A DNA stretch of 64,000 nt, from contig JAEZGN010000010.1 in NCBI GenBank assembly GCA_023437305.1, positions 24,420-88,419 on the forward strand, written 5' to 3'. Below, piece by piece: positions 22,252 through 32,826 of this stretch (its first letter is position 1; every line of letters starts with the position of its first letter). The position numbers were made by a program, and so were the translations under genes. The notes under the pieces are model-generated. The model did no database searches and was not told the origin of the DNA. It worked only from the letters and a program-made list of their open reading frames with translations. This DNA is from Bacteroidota bacterium (lineage in GTDB: Bacteria; Bacteroidota; Bacteroidia; Bacteroidales; Dysgonomonadaceae).

Positions 22252-22908
22252 ATGAATAAAAAAGAATCAGCGTTAGTCTTGTTTTCGGGTGGACAAGATT
22301 CAACAACATGCCTCTACTGGGCACTAGAAAATTTCGCATCCGTTCGCACGCTGTGTTTTACTTACGGGCAACGTCACTCCAAAGAGGTAGAAGTAGCAAA
22401 GGCTATTGCCGAAAAAGCCAATGTACCATTCCAACTGCTGGACGCATCTATTATCAGCCAACTATCCGTCAACTCTTTGACAAGCGATATTGTTATGGAT
22501 CAGGAAAAACCGGCAGACTCTTATCCAAATACGTTTGTACCGGGACGTAATCTATTATTCCTTACTTTTGCGGCTGTTATTGCTCGCTCGCACGGTATAC
22601 GCCACATTGTAACAGGAGTATCAGAAGCCGACTACAGTGGTTATCCCGACTGTAGAGATACATTTATACTTTCAGCAAATGCGTCTATTAATCTGGCAAT
22701 GGACGAACATTTTCAGATACACACACCATTGATGTGGAGAGATAAAACTGCTGTATGGCAATTAGCTGACGAACTGGGTGTTTTCGATATCATTCGCACT
22801 CAAACTCTGACCTGCTACAACGGCATCATTGCCGATGGTTGCGGAAACTGCCCTTCATGCAAATTGCGCAAACAAGGATTAGACAACTATCTAAAGACAA
22901 AACTATAA
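22252..22908 (+). CDS. queC: 7-cyano-7-deazaguanine synthase
   Basis: [13 protein letters not shown]-loop, [20 protein letters not shown]...CGNCPSC. Confidence 0.96.
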   Translation: MNKKESALVLFSGGQDSTTCLYWALENFASVRTLCFTYGQRHSKEVEVAKAIAEKANVPFQLLDASIISQLSVNSLTSDIVMDQEKPADSYPNTFVPGRNLLFLTFAAVIARSHGIRHIVTGVSEADYSGYPDCRDTFILSANASINLAMDEHFQIHTPLMWRDKTAVWQLADELGVFDIIRTQTLTCYNGIIADGCGNCPSCKLRKQGLDNYLKTKL

Positions 22909-22909
22909 T

Positions 22910-23377
22910 ATGACAATAGAAGGACTTAGCCATCTAGGCGGAAAAACCGAATATAAAGACAATTATGCTCCTGAAGTATTAGAAGCGTTTGAAAACAAAC
23001 ATCAGGAAAATGATTATTGGGTAACATTCAATTGCCCGGAGTTTACAAGCCTATGTCCTATTACGGGACAACCCGATTTTGCAACAATACACATCAACTA
23101 CATACCTGATGTAAAAATGGTAGAAAGCAAGAGTCTTAAGTTATACTTATTTAGCTTTCGTAATCATGGGGCATTCCATGAAGACTGTGTAAATATTATG
23201 ATGAAAGACCTTATTAAGCTGATGAATCCGAAATATATCGAAGTAGTAGGAATATTTACGCCACGTGGAGGCATCAGTATTTATCCGTTTTGTAACTATG
23301 GACGTCCGGGCACGAAGTTTGAGCGACTGGCAGAAGAGCGTCTGATAAGTCATAACCCACAGCAAGCATATAAATAA
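22910..23377 (+). CDS. queF: preQ1 synthase (NADPH-dependent nitrile reductase)
   Basis: [24 protein letters not shown]ueF motif, FHEDC, FTPRGGI. Confidence 0.96.
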   Translation: MTIEGLSHLGGKTEYKDNYAPEVLEAFENKHQENDYWVTFNCPEFTSLCPITGQPDFATIHINYIPDVKMVESKSLKLYLFSFRNHGAFHEDCVNIMMKDLIKLMNPKYIEVVGIFTPRGGISIYPFCNYGRPGTKFERLAEERLISHNPQQAYK

Positions 23378-23416
23378 AGAAGATCTGTTAAAAGAAATTG
23401 AACACTATTAAAGTGT

Positions 23417-23509
23417 TACTCTCTTTGTCTTCCTGAATGCAATGAAGAATCTCCACTCTATAATAGAAACGAGATGTTTCACTTCGTTCAACATAACAAA
23501 GAGAAAGTA
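23417..23509. repeat. REP-like imperfect palindrome between convergent genes
   Basis: CTCTTTGTCTTCCTGAATGCAATGAAGAATCTC...GAGATGTTTCACTTCGTTCAACATAACAAAGAG. Confidence 0.55.
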
Positions 23510-23530
23510 CTTTTTGAGCATATTCTATGT

Positions 23531-24904
23531 TTATGCAATCTTAGGTCTTCGTTTTTGTACTCTTTTATAGACTACCGTAAACCAAACCGGCAGTATTATA
23601 CCTTTACATACCGTAGATATAGCGATTGCCCACCATACACCAACAATCCCCATTTGCGAAGCCAGATAATAAGCCAAAGGAATACGTAGCGCATTGAAGG
23701 TGATACTTATCACGGCAGGCTCTACTGTACGCCCTATCCCATTAAACATACCTTGTGTAGTCAACTCAAACATCATAAAAATCTGCACTAAACCCATTAC
23801 AAACAAATATTCGGCTCCGGCTCGCATAGCATTCTCTTCGGGAACAATTATTCCAAAAATCTGAGCACCAAACAAAATAAATGCAATACTGACAAAAATA
23901 CCCAACGTAAGCATGACTCGTATTGTATAGATATATGCCTTTTTGCCTCTCTCCAGTTTATTGGCAGCATAGTTTTGAGCAACAAAAGCACTCAACGCCG
24001 TAGAAAAACCCTGTGATGTATTCCACGTAACCGCCTCTATCTGTCCTCCCGTTGTCTGAGCCATCATGCCTAGATGCCCACCATGAATAGAAGCAACACG
24101 GGCCAGGTTCATATTAATGATGGCATACAATGAGTTCATTATTGAGACAGGTGTTCCCAGAAAAATTATGCGTTTAAGGTAAATGGCTTTTGGCTTAATA
24201 AAGAAGGAGAAATCGCCTAATATACGATTACCATATTTGATCTGATAAAAGAATAAAGAAAACACAAACAATTGCGCAGCAACTGTACCAATAGCAGCAC
24301 CGTGTAATCCCAGTCCCATACCAAACATCAATATAGGGTCAAGTATCATATTTAACACGAGCCCCGCAGCATTATTTTTGAACGGAACAGTACTTCGCCC
24401 TGCTCCATTATATATCCCTGCGAAATTATATGACAAGAACTGAAACGGAAGACTAATAGTGAGTATTCGTAAATAAAGCACCGCATCGGCTGTAATATCA
24501 GCAGATAATTTGAAAAAAGACAAGATAGGATTAGCAAATATAAAGAGAGTGGACACCCATACCACGCTAAGTACAATAGAGGTAGTTGTAGAATGTGAAG
24601 CATATATAGCTGCACGTTTCATTTTCTTCGCACCTATCGATTGGCCTACTGCTACCTCCGATCCTATCATAGCCAAATATGCGACCGATGAAGTCAACCA
24701 CAACAGCATCCCTATAGCACCAATTGCAGCTTCCGACTTGGTTGCTATTTCGGGATGAGATACAGTCCCCAGCCTGCCAACCCACGACATAGCCATGAGC
24801 GTGTAAGCCATCTGTAAAAAGCTTGTACCCATCAGCGGCAAAGCCAAACGTATTAAAGTAGAGAATATTTTCCCCTCGGTAAGATTATGAATACCTGATT
24901 TCAC
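23531..24904 (-). CDS. MATE family efflux transporter
   Basis: LTEGKIFSTLIRLALP, NMILDPILMFG, GAAIGT; about 12 hydrophobic segments. Confidence 0.9.
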   Translation of the reverse strand: MKSGIHNLTEGKIFSTLIRLALPLMGTSFLQMAYTLMAMSWVGRLGTVSHPEIATKSEAAIGAIGMLLWLTSSVAYLAMIGSEVAVGQSIGAKKMKRAAIYASHSTTTSIVLSVVWVSTLFIFANPILSFFKLSADITADAVLYLRILTISLPFQFLSYNFAGIYNGAGRSTVPFKNNAAGLVLNMILDPILMFGMGLGLHGAAIGTVAAQLFVFSLFFYQIKYGNRILGDFSFFIKPKAIYLKRIIFLGTPVSIMNSLYAIINMNLARVASIHGGHLGMMAQTTGGQIEAVTWNTSQGFSTALSAFVAQNYAANKLERGKKAYIYTIRVMLTLGIFVSIAFILFGAQIFGIIVPEENAMRAGAEYLFVMGLVQIFMMFELTTQGMFNGIGRTVEPAVISITFNALRIPLAYYLASQMGIVGVWWAIAISTVCKGIILPVWFTVVYKRVQKRRPKIA

Positions 24905-24913
24905 GTGTATGAA

Positions 24914-26233
24914 TTATAAATTTTTGAGCAGTTTGTCTCCATTTTCGCTATCCGAAAGCTCTTTAATTTCTAAAATAGTCTCCCACTCTCTCCTGAATTT
25001 TACATGTGTATCAATCACAAAATCCTCCGAACCATATTGTTCTATTTTCTCAAACAGATAACTTACGGTAATATGATTGATATCCAAAGCAGGTATAAAA
25101 GCAGGTACTAATGCGTTTTGAGATGGAGTCTCTACAATAAGCCCGATATCCTGCAAATAAAAAAGAGTGTCGCTAGTCAATTTTGTTGGAATTTTATATT
25201 GCTCCGAAAGTTCATCAGCAGTGTAGGGCATATCACCTTTTTCAAACCGCTTAACGATCAAAGTCATTATTAGTAATGCAACAAAATCCTTATAGCGACG
25301 ACTTATTTTAGAAGTTTCATGCTCGAAACTAAACTTATTTACATTCTGATAAGCAAAAGATAGCTGCACACCAAACAAAACAAAAAACCATGTCAGTTGC
25401 AACCATAGCAACAGCAAAGGCAAAGCGGCAAAACTACCATATATCGCATTGTATTTAGATATCCATATCTGACCACCGATATACAGCATTTGAAATACCT
25501 GAAAACATATACCCGTAAACACGCCTCCCAATAAGGCGCTGGTAAATTTAACCTTCGTATTAGGAATGTAAATATAAAGTATTGTAAAAAGCAATATGGT
25601 GATAAGAAAAGGAACAACTTTCATAAAAGGTCCGAGCACCAATCCCAGTATATATTGTTGTTCGGCTGTAGTACTCAAAAGAATATTAAGACCTGCATTG
25701 CATATAAGAAAAATAGGTGCAATAATGATAAGAGCCAGATAGTCTGTGAACATCCGAAAATAGGTACGCCCTTTTTTTATCTGCCATATTTTATTGAAAT
25801 TATCCTCTATGTTCGAAAGCAGATTGATAACAGTATACAACAACAAGATAACACCGACGCCCAAGAAAATCCCTCCCTGAGCATATTCGATCGATTTGTC
25901 GATAAAAGCAGTCGCCTTATTCAGTATCTCTTCTTGTCCGGCAAAATAGCTGAAGAGTTGAGTCTTTACAATATTCTGAAAACCAAATCCACGAGCTATA
26001 GCAAACAATACGGCAAGCATGGGGACGATAGACAGCAATGTGCTATATGTCAATGCTGATGCACGCGTAAAGAGTTGCTCTCCATCAATATTCCTGATGG
26101 CGAGGATAAAAGACTTAATAATATCGTACAATCCCATTTTACGAGACGACCTCTCGCGCTTGTTTATCCGCCAGATATCATACGTAAGAAATCGAATTAT
26201 TCTCTTTACAAACTCTTTTATTCTTTCAATCAT
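24914..26233 (-). CDS. YihY/virulence factor BrkB family membrane protein
   Basis: ASALTYSTLLSIVP, IEDNFNKIW, YNAIYGSFAALPLLLLWL. Confidence 0.9.
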   Translation of the reverse strand: MIERIKEFVKRIIRFLTYDIWRINKRERSSRKMGLYDIIKSFILAIRNIDGEQLFTRASALTYSTLLSIVPMLAVLFAIARGFGFQNIVKTQLFSYFAGQEEILNKATAFIDKSIEYAQGGIFLGVGVILLLYTVINLLSNIEDNFNKIWQIKKGRTYFRMFTDYLALIIIAPIFLICNAGLNILLSTTAEQQYILGLVLGPFMKVVPFLITILLFTILYIYIPNTKVKFTSALLGGVFTGICFQVFQMLYIGGQIWISKYNAIYGSFAALPLLLLWLQLTWFFVLFGVQLSFAYQNVNKFSFEHETSKISRRYKDFVALLIMTLIVKRFEKGDMPYTADELSEQYKIPTKLTSDTLFYLQDIGLIVETPSQNALVPAFIPALDINHITVSYLFEKIEQYGSEDFVIDTHVKFRREWETILEIKELSDSENGDKLLKNL

Positions 26234-26526
26234 ACAAGATTTTCATCCTAAATATCTACAAATATAGCTTGTTCTTTATAAGTAAACATACTTGATAGAT
26301 AGAATCTTAAAAAAATAGGAACAAATATATCTACAAATAAGATCAATCTTCATTGCTAAAATTTGTAAAAAAACATTTCTAGATTATACTAATTGCCTAA
26401 CAACAAGAGACACTGTATAAAATATTCAATAAAGAAGAAGACCAATAAGTGGAATTTAACGTTGGCGTAGAAATATTAAATATTTATACTGGGATATTTT
26501 TACTACTTTCGTGTTAGTAAATAACA

Positions 26527-28527
26527 ATGATAGATCAAGCTACCATAGACCGTATAATAGATGCTGCACAAGTAGTGGATGTAGTATCTCAGTTTGTTAC
26601 GCTCAAACGTAGAGGTATAAACTATGTAGGGTTGTGTCCATTCCACGAAGACAGAACTCCGTCATTCTATGTTTCTCCATCCAAGAATATATGTAAATGC
26701 TTTGCTTGTGGTGAAGGAGGAACAGCTGTTCACTTCATTATGAAGCATGAGCAGCTTTCTTATTTCGATGCACTACGTTATCTGGCTAAGAAGTATAACA
26801 TCGAGATACAAGAGCGAGAGTTAACCGATGAGCAGAAGCAGGCTTATAACGAGCGTGAAAGCCTTTTTATATTAAACGACTTTGCCCGAAATTATTTTGT
26901 AAAAACGCTGCATGAACATATCGAGGGTAAATCTGTAGGTCTAAGTTATTTTAAAGAAAGAGGGTTTCGTGAAGATATTATACAAAAATTTCAGCTCGGA
27001 TACAGCCTCGAACAAAGAGACAGTCTCACGCAGGAAGCTATAAAGAATGGCTATAAAGAAGAATATCTTGTAAAAACAGGTCTCACGATAAAGAGTGAGA
27101 ATAGCGGTGCTCTTATCGATCGTTTTCGAGGACGTGTAATATTTCCCGTACATACGTTATCGGGAAAAGTTGTTGCTTTTGGAGGACGAATTCTCAAAAA
27201 GGCAGAGAACACAGGAAAATACGTAAATTCTCCCGAAAGTGAAATATACCACAAGGGCAGTGAACTATATGGGATATATTTTGCAAAACAAGCTATCACC
27301 AAAGCCGACTGCTGCTATCTCGTAGAAGGATACACCGACGTGATATCGATGCATCAGGCAGGTATAGAAAATGTAGTTGCATCATCAGGAACTGCGCTTA
27401 CTCACGGACAGATCAGGCTTATTCATCGCTTTACGGAATATGTAACAATACTCTACGATGGTGATGCTGCCGGTATAAAAGCGGCACTGAGAGGAATAGA
27501 CCTCCTACTCGAAGAGGGGATGAAAATAAAAGTCGTACTCCTTCCTGATGGTGAAGACCCTGATTCATTTGCACGCAAGCAAAATGCCGAGTCGCTGACA
27601 AAATACGTACAGGAGCATGAGGTAGATTTCATACGCTTCAAGACGCAATTACTATTGGATGATGCAGGCAATGACCCGATAAAGCGGGCAACCCTTATCT
27701 CCGACATAGTAAGCAGTATTGCAGTTATACCTGACAATATTATACGCAGTGTATATATCAAAGATTGCAGTATACTGCTGAATATAGACGAACGGATACT
27801 TATTCAAGAAGTGAATAAAAAAAGGCTCGCTCACCTAGAAAAAGCTCCTCAGCCCAAAATAGATCCTGAGATGTCTGCAATCAACGTTGACCTCTCACAG
27901 CCTGAAACACACAGGGGGAAAGCGGTTGTAAAAAAGACTAACATCGACAAGTTTGAGTTGGCGATTCTCTATTTTATTGTCCGTTATGGAATGGAAATAT
28001 TGATCGAAGGAGGAGAAAACAATCCGGCAACAGGCGATATGCCCACAACCGTAATAGACTGGGTAAAATTTGACCTGCAAAGAGATGGCTTTTGGTTTAC
28101 AAATCCTCTGTATAAAACCATATTGGAGGATGCAATAGAACACTCGGCAAATGAATATTTCAATCCGAGCCGTTACTTTCTGGCTCATACAGACGCCCAC
28201 ATAAGCAAGATTGCAGCCGAGCTGGTAAGCGACAGATATCAGTTGAGCAAGCTACATATAAAACAATTTGGGGAGAATCTTAAAAAGGAAGACACCCCTC
28301 TTGCCGAAGAAAAGCATCTCTGGAAAAACGTTCCTCGTGCAGTTACCGAGTTAAAAGATGCTCATATATCGAAACAGATGAAGGAGATCAAAGAAGATCT
28401 GGAAAAGAAACAAAAGGAAAAAGACTGGGACGGAGCTATTATCCTTATGCAAAAGCTTAAGGAACTGGACGAAATAAAAAAGATTCTGGCAAAAGAACTA
28501 GGCGAAAGAATTATTCTGAGATGGTAA
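26527..28527 (+). CDS. dnaG: DNA primase
   Basis: CPFHEDRTPSF...CFAC zinc finger, KYVNSPES, VEGYTDV TOPRIM, YDGDAAG, DPDS. Confidence 0.97.
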   Translation: MIDQATIDRIIDAAQVVDVVSQFVTLKRRGINYVGLCPFHEDRTPSFYVSPSKNICKCFACGEGGTAVHFIMKHEQLSYFDALRYLAKKYNIEIQERELTDEQKQAYNERESLFILNDFARNYFVKTLHEHIEGKSVGLSYFKERGFREDIIQKFQLGYSLEQRDSLTQEAIKNGYKEEYLVKTGLTIKSENSGALIDRFRGRVIFPVHTLSGKVVAFGGRILKKAENTGKYVNSPESEIYHKGSELYGIYFAKQAITKADCCYLVEGYTDVISMHQAGIENVVASSGTALTHGQIRLIHRFTEYVTILYDGDAAGIKAALRGIDLLLEEGMKIKVVLLPDGEDPDSFARKQNAESLTKYVQEHEVDFIRFKTQLLLDDAGNDPIKRATLISDIVSSIAVIPDNIIRSVYIKDCSILLNIDERILIQEVNKKRLAHLEKAPQPKIDPEMSAINVDLSQPETHRGKAVVKKTNIDKFELAILYFIVRYGMEILIEGGENNPATGDMPTTVIDWVKFDLQRDGFWFTNPLYKTILEDAIEHSANEYFNPSRYFLAHTDAHISKIAAELVSDRYQLSKLHIKQFGENLKKEDTPLAEEKHLWKNVPRAVTELKDAHISKQMKEIKEDLEKKQKEKDWDGAIILMQKLKELDEIKKILAKELGERIILRW

Positions 28528-28641
28528 GTAGTCTAAAGCATTCATTGTCGTACCTCATCTTCTCATCATAAAATCTTTAGAAAAAGATATGCTTAGTATT
28601 AAAATATGACAATAATATTTTAGCGGATATCTAAAACAAAT

Positions 28642-28923
28642 TTATTCTTCGTCCTCCACTATAAACCAGCGAGTACTATCTTTTTCTCTCGTAGCAGCTT
28701 GCCCCGGTTGTAAATCAGGAAGTTTCTTCAATACGGGCTCCATTTCCAATATCTCATCTACCGATACCAGATAAGCATCCTCATTTTCATCAACTTCGTC
28801 ATCACCAAACAACTGCCAGTCTCCGTCTTCATCGTAGAGAACGAAGGTTATCGGAGAGCCGTTTGTTAACACATAGCTGGTTGTCAGTACCGATTTGTTT
28901 TTTTGTTCTTCTTTTAGCTTCAT
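28642..28923 (-). CDS. small acidic hypothetical protein (DUF2185/Imm33-like?)
   Basis: 93-aa ORF with ATG start; DEDGDWQLFG motif; family call tentative. Confidence 0.6.
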   Translation of the reverse strand: MKLKEEQKNKSVLTTSYVLTNGSPITFVLYDEDGDWQLFGDDEVDENEDAYLVSVDEILEMEPVLKKLPDLQPGQAATREKDSTRWFIVEDEE

Positions 28924-28957
28924 TGTTATATATTTTGAAAATAAAGGTAAGCATTAT

Positions 28958-29995
28958 TTAATTAGACAAGGCTTGATTAACTCTCCTATTTATACGCCTT
29001 AGCAGAGATGCCTTTTTACACATATACATAAACAGCTTATTGACAGGAGCGAAATAAAATATCTCAGCCATTACCTTTCGCTTCTTTATCGTTTCTATTA
29101 CATCCTTATTTTGTATTTTGAAATCAATATTCTCTACAATAGAGATAGCAGCATTCTCTCCACTCTTCATTGCAAAATACAAACCTTCGCCTGTCATAGC
29201 ATCTGCATATCCTCCGGCATCACCAACAAGCATGATATCCTTCCTGAAAGGGTATTTAAGTTTGGTACTGCACATTGGCAAATAAGCACCTTTAGCCTTT
29301 GCTTCTGTTGTAATTTCTAAACGCTTAAGAGACTCTTCGAATACATCCAAAGTGGTATTTTCTCCGCCATATCCAACGGCATATCCCTCTTTGTTTGGAA
29401 ATAAATACAGATATCCTCTCTTAAATTTACGATCAAAATAGACACGTAGGTCTGTCATGGTTCTGTCCAGAATATATTTCTCTAACAAAACAAAGCCTTT
29501 GCTGAAATTAGGTTCCAGATATCGCCTTACAGCACTATTTGCACCATCGGCTCCGACCAGATAGTCGCATGATAACTTCTTGCCACTTTTGAGCAGAATA
29601 TACTTCTTGTCTTCTACCTCTTCTATTTTAACGACTGTATCTGTTATTATTTGCCCTCCTAATTTTTGATATTCTTTCAGGAGAAGATGATCGAACTCCT
29701 TTCGTTGTATATTCCGTATCTCTGTATCCATCAGAAAACTACAAATGAACTCTTTATAAGTATATAGATCTATCTTCTCTACTTTGAAGTAATCGTACTG
29801 AATGTTTTCAAATACACGCTCCAATAAGATATGAGCTTTAGGTGTAAGTCCTCCTCCACAGAGTTTGTCTCTTGGAAATTCTTTTCTGTCAATGATGAGA
29901 CAATCCTGATTGTTTTTTGCAAGTATATACCCACAAGTAGAGCCCGCAGGGCCTGCGCCTACTATTATTGTTTTTACATGATTATCAGCCATCAT
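28958..29995 (-). CDS. geranylgeranyl reductase family FAD-dependent oxidoreductase
   Basis: GAGPAG, FPRDKLCGGG, VGADGANS, LVGDAGG...GEG. Confidence 0.85.
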   Translation of the reverse strand: MMADNHVKTIIVGAGPAGSTCGYILAKNNQDCLIIDRKEFPRDKLCGGGLTPKAHILLERVFENIQYDYFKVEKIDLYTYKEFICSFLMDTEIRNIQRKEFDHLLLKEYQKLGGQIITDTVVKIEEVEDKKYILLKSGKKLSCDYLVGADGANSAVRRYLEPNFSKGFVLLEKYILDRTMTDLRVYFDRKFKRGYLYLFPNKEGYAVGYGGENTTLDVFEESLKRLEITTEAKAKGAYLPMCSTKLKYPFRKDIMLVGDAGGYADAMTGEGLYFAMKSGENAAISIVENIDFKIQNKDVIETIKKRKVMAEIFYFAPVNKLFMYMCKKASLLRRINRRVNQALSN

Positions 29996-30214
29996 TATCG
30001 TTGCTTTATTATTTACAAAGATATGATAATAGAAGCATTTGTTTTATCACTAAACATTATTTATTGCAGAATAATTGACTGAGAGAAATCAAGAACAGAT
30101 AAGACTTTTCGTTAAAACATCCTTAAAAAAACTCAATAAAATTACACAGGTCTTTGCTTCTTTTCCTAGTCATATTAATTGGCAGTACTCTTGTACCCTC
30201 AAATAATTAGCTAA

Positions 30215-31024
30215 ATGAAAAAGTCGATAGGAATATTACTGCTTGGTATCCTTTACATATTTCAATCATGTGAGATGATCGAATATCATCCGTATGATGG
30301 TCGTATTTCAGGAAAAACAGATATCAACAAAAAGAATATAGTGCGGATAGAGGAAACTTGTCTAAATAAAGAAACTATACGGTTTGCTATGATTGGCGAT
30401 ACCCAACGATGGTATGACGAAACAGTGGATTTTGTGAATGCGCTAAATAAAAGAAACGATATAGATTTCGTTATTCACGGAGGTGACGTATCTGATTTTG
30501 GGCTTACAAAAGAGTTTCTGTGGCAACGGGATATTCTAAACAAACTGAAAGTACCTTATGTAGTCTTATTGGGAAATCACGATTGTCTTGCAAATGGGAT
30601 AGAAGTTTTCAGAAAGGTTTTTGGTGAAGAAAATTTCTCGTTCATTGCAGGAAGAACGAAGTTTGTATGTTTAAACACGAATGCCTTAGAGTTTGATTAT
30701 TCGCTCCCCGTACCGGACTTTCAATTTATCGAACAAGAAATAAAAGACCGGAAAGATGAATATGATAAAACCATTATGGCAATGCATGTCCGCCCTTTTT
30801 CGGAGCAGTTCAATAACAATATAGCCAATGTATTTCAACGCTACATAAAAGAATTCCCAAGTCTCCAGTTTTGCCTCAATGCTCACGATCATAATATAGC
30901 AGTGGACGACCTCTTCGATGATGGGATAATCTATTATGGCACACCTAACATAGCTAAAAAGAAATATTTACTATTTACATTAAATTCGGATAATACTTAC
31001 AACTATGAAGTGGTCGCTTATTAA
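30215..31024 (+). CDS. calcineurin-like metallophosphoesterase lipoprotein
   Basis: Lipobox FQSC; GDTQ, HGGDVSD, GNHD, AHDH. Confidence 0.85.
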   Translation: MKKSIGILLLGILYIFQSCEMIEYHPYDGRISGKTDINKKNIVRIEETCLNKETIRFAMIGDTQRWYDETVDFVNALNKRNDIDFVIHGGDVSDFGLTKEFLWQRDILNKLKVPYVVLLGNHDCLANGIEVFRKVFGEENFSFIAGRTKFVCLNTNALEFDYSLPVPDFQFIEQEIKDRKDEYDKTIMAMHVRPFSEQFNNNIANVFQRYIKEFPSLQFCLNAHDHNIAVDDLFDDGIIYYGTPNIAKKKYLLFTLNSDNTYNYEVVAY

Positions 31025-31646
31025 TTATATATATATTTTATCATCTACTCTAGTATTAAGTATACCCGCATACTCTCAGAATGGCTACGATAAACGTGTA
31101 GAGAAATATCAGAACCAGTGGGCTAATCTTATTCCCACACATATAAAACTTCAGTATGCAGGAGGAATGGGGCTTATATCTATAGGAACAGGATGGGACT
31201 ACGGAAAAAATAATCAATGGGAAACGGATGTGTTTTTTGGTTTTCTTCCTAAATACTCTACAAAAGAAAACAAGATAACATTCACCTTGAAGCAAAATTT
31301 CATTCCTTGGACGAAACCAATAGGAACAAGAGGGTTCTATATAGATCCCCTAGCTTGTGGTTTGTATGTAAATACGATACTTAACGGAGATTTTTGGATA
31401 AGTGAACCCGACAAATATCCAAACGATTACTATTCGTTCTCTACGAAGATGCGTTTTAATATCTATATAGGGCAGAGACTAACTTATAAGATCCCACACG
31501 AAAAACGCTTCTTTGCTAAGTCTGTTACGGCTTTTTACGAACTGAGTACAAATGATTTATATCTCGTAAGTGCTTTTACAAATAAGTATCTTAAGCCGAA
31601 AGACTATTTAAGATTATCGTTTGGGCTGAAGCTCCAATTATTCTAA
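31005..31646 (+). CDS. hypothetical protein, probable small outer-membrane beta-barrel
   Basis: Signal peptide, alternating aromatic beta-strands, C-terminal LKLQLF; overlaps the upstream gene by 20 bp. Confidence 0.6.
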   Translation: MKWSLINYIYILSSTLVLSIPAYSQNGYDKRVEKYQNQWANLIPTHIKLQYAGGMGLISIGTGWDYGKNNQWETDVFFGFLPKYSTKENKITFTLKQNFIPWTKPIGTRGFYIDPLACGLYVNTILNGDFWISEPDKYPNDYYSFSTKMRFNIYIGQRLTYKIPHEKRFFAKSVTAFYELSTNDLYLVSAFTNKYLKPKDYLRLSFGLKLQLF

Positions 31647-31649
31647 AAT

Positions 31650-32714
31650 TCAATACTGATCCTTTACAAATTTGTTTTTAGAAGACAGCTTAATCGGGTT
31701 GCTGGAGAACCAATCTGTAAAGCTTTTCCATTTACTTTCATTCGCCGACTTCCAGTTAAGAAATTCGGAAGTGTTTCCCTGCATCAATATCCAATAGTTA
31801 TAGGCTTCAAGATGTCCTGCATCCATCAACAACTTTTGATAGTCCAGCAATACATTTGGATATATATTCTCTATATTATTTTTATAGTAGATATTCAAAA
31901 AATTAGTGCGAACCATGCTCAATGTTGCTAAATCTAAAGTTTTGACACCCGGAAGAGACAACATAAGAATTGGTTCGTAAATACCACCACCAAAAGAAGA
32001 CTCCGAATTATTCTTTAGATCTAAACCAGCATATTTACAAAAACTGACAGACACAGCAGAGTCATTCATAATCTTTATCTCACTCTTATATGTATCATAC
32101 AGCAACTTACTCATCTCAATCGTGCGATGCGTATTACGCTCCAAATTCATAAACAATTCACCGTAGAGCATTCCCCATACTTCATCTTCTGTATCTAAAT
32201 ATATTTTAGCTGCCCAATAATAATTAGACGGATATGTAGGATCTGCTGCGATTCCTTTCTCAAAATAAGATAGTGCAGCGTATTTTTCATCTTGAGACAT
32301 GTAAGCATCACCCAACTCAAAATAAAGGGCACCTGAATCGGGAAACTTTTTTATACCTTTTTGAAAGATCTTTATTGCAGCTTCATTATTTCCTATATGG
32401 CTATAGCAAATGCCTAACATCTGATAGAACATATCCGAAGCATCTTCATTGTTCTGTATTGGTTTTAGAATATTGATGGCCTCTTCATAGTTTTCGTCGA
32501 GGCAATGAGCATAAGCTATCTCATAAGGATATACAATACTTGTTGGATCAAGCTCTTGAGCTTCCTTAAGCAGAGCGATACTTTCTTCTATTTTTCCACA
32601 GTCCATTAATTTTACTGCTTCTATTCCCTTTTGTACCGCAACATCCTTTTGGGACTGTGCAAGCAAGGGTAAAGTTGAAAGAAAGAAGATTGATGATATA
32701 ATAAAAATTCTCAT
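31650..32714 (-). CDS. secreted tetratricopeptide-repeat protein
   Basis: Signal peptide; repeated TPR-like helices (AQELDP, GIKKFP, GIAADP). Confidence 0.75.
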   Translation of the reverse strand: MRIFIISSIFFLSTLPLLAQSQKDVAVQKGIEAVKLMDCGKIEESIALLKEAQELDPTSIVYPYEIAYAHCLDENYEEAINILKPIQNNEDASDMFYQMLGICYSHIGNNEAAIKIFQKGIKKFPDSGALYFELGDAYMSQDEKYAALSYFEKGIAADPTYPSNYYWAAKIYLDTEDEVWGMLYGELFMNLERNTHRTIEMSKLLYDTYKSEIKIMNDSAVSVSFCKYAGLDLKNNSESSFGGGIYEPILMLSLPGVKTLDLATLSMVRTNFLNIYYKNNIENIYPNVLLDYQKLLMDAGHLEAYNYWILMQGNTSEFLNWKSANESKWKSFTDWFSSNPIKLSSKNKFVKDQY

Positions 32715-32765
32715 TTGCGTCTAGTACATGTCTTTTATAGTGTTTAGTATAGCAAATATATAAAT

Positions 32766-32800
32766 AAAAAAGACCGGAGATATAATTTCCGATCTTTTTT
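32766..32800 (-). terminator. intrinsic terminator
   Basis: AAAAAAGACCGGA...TCCGATCTTTTTT inverted repeat downstream of the peptidase gene. Confidence 0.65.
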
Positions 32801-32826
32801 GCATTTATCTTAACGTCTATAAAACT

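Noticed and set aside
22252..23377. queC-queF as part of a 7-deazaguanine DNA-modification (dpd) system
   Set aside because: No dpdA/TGT-like or other dpd genes nearby; QueF and the preQ1-like leader indicate ordinary tRNA queuosine synthesis.
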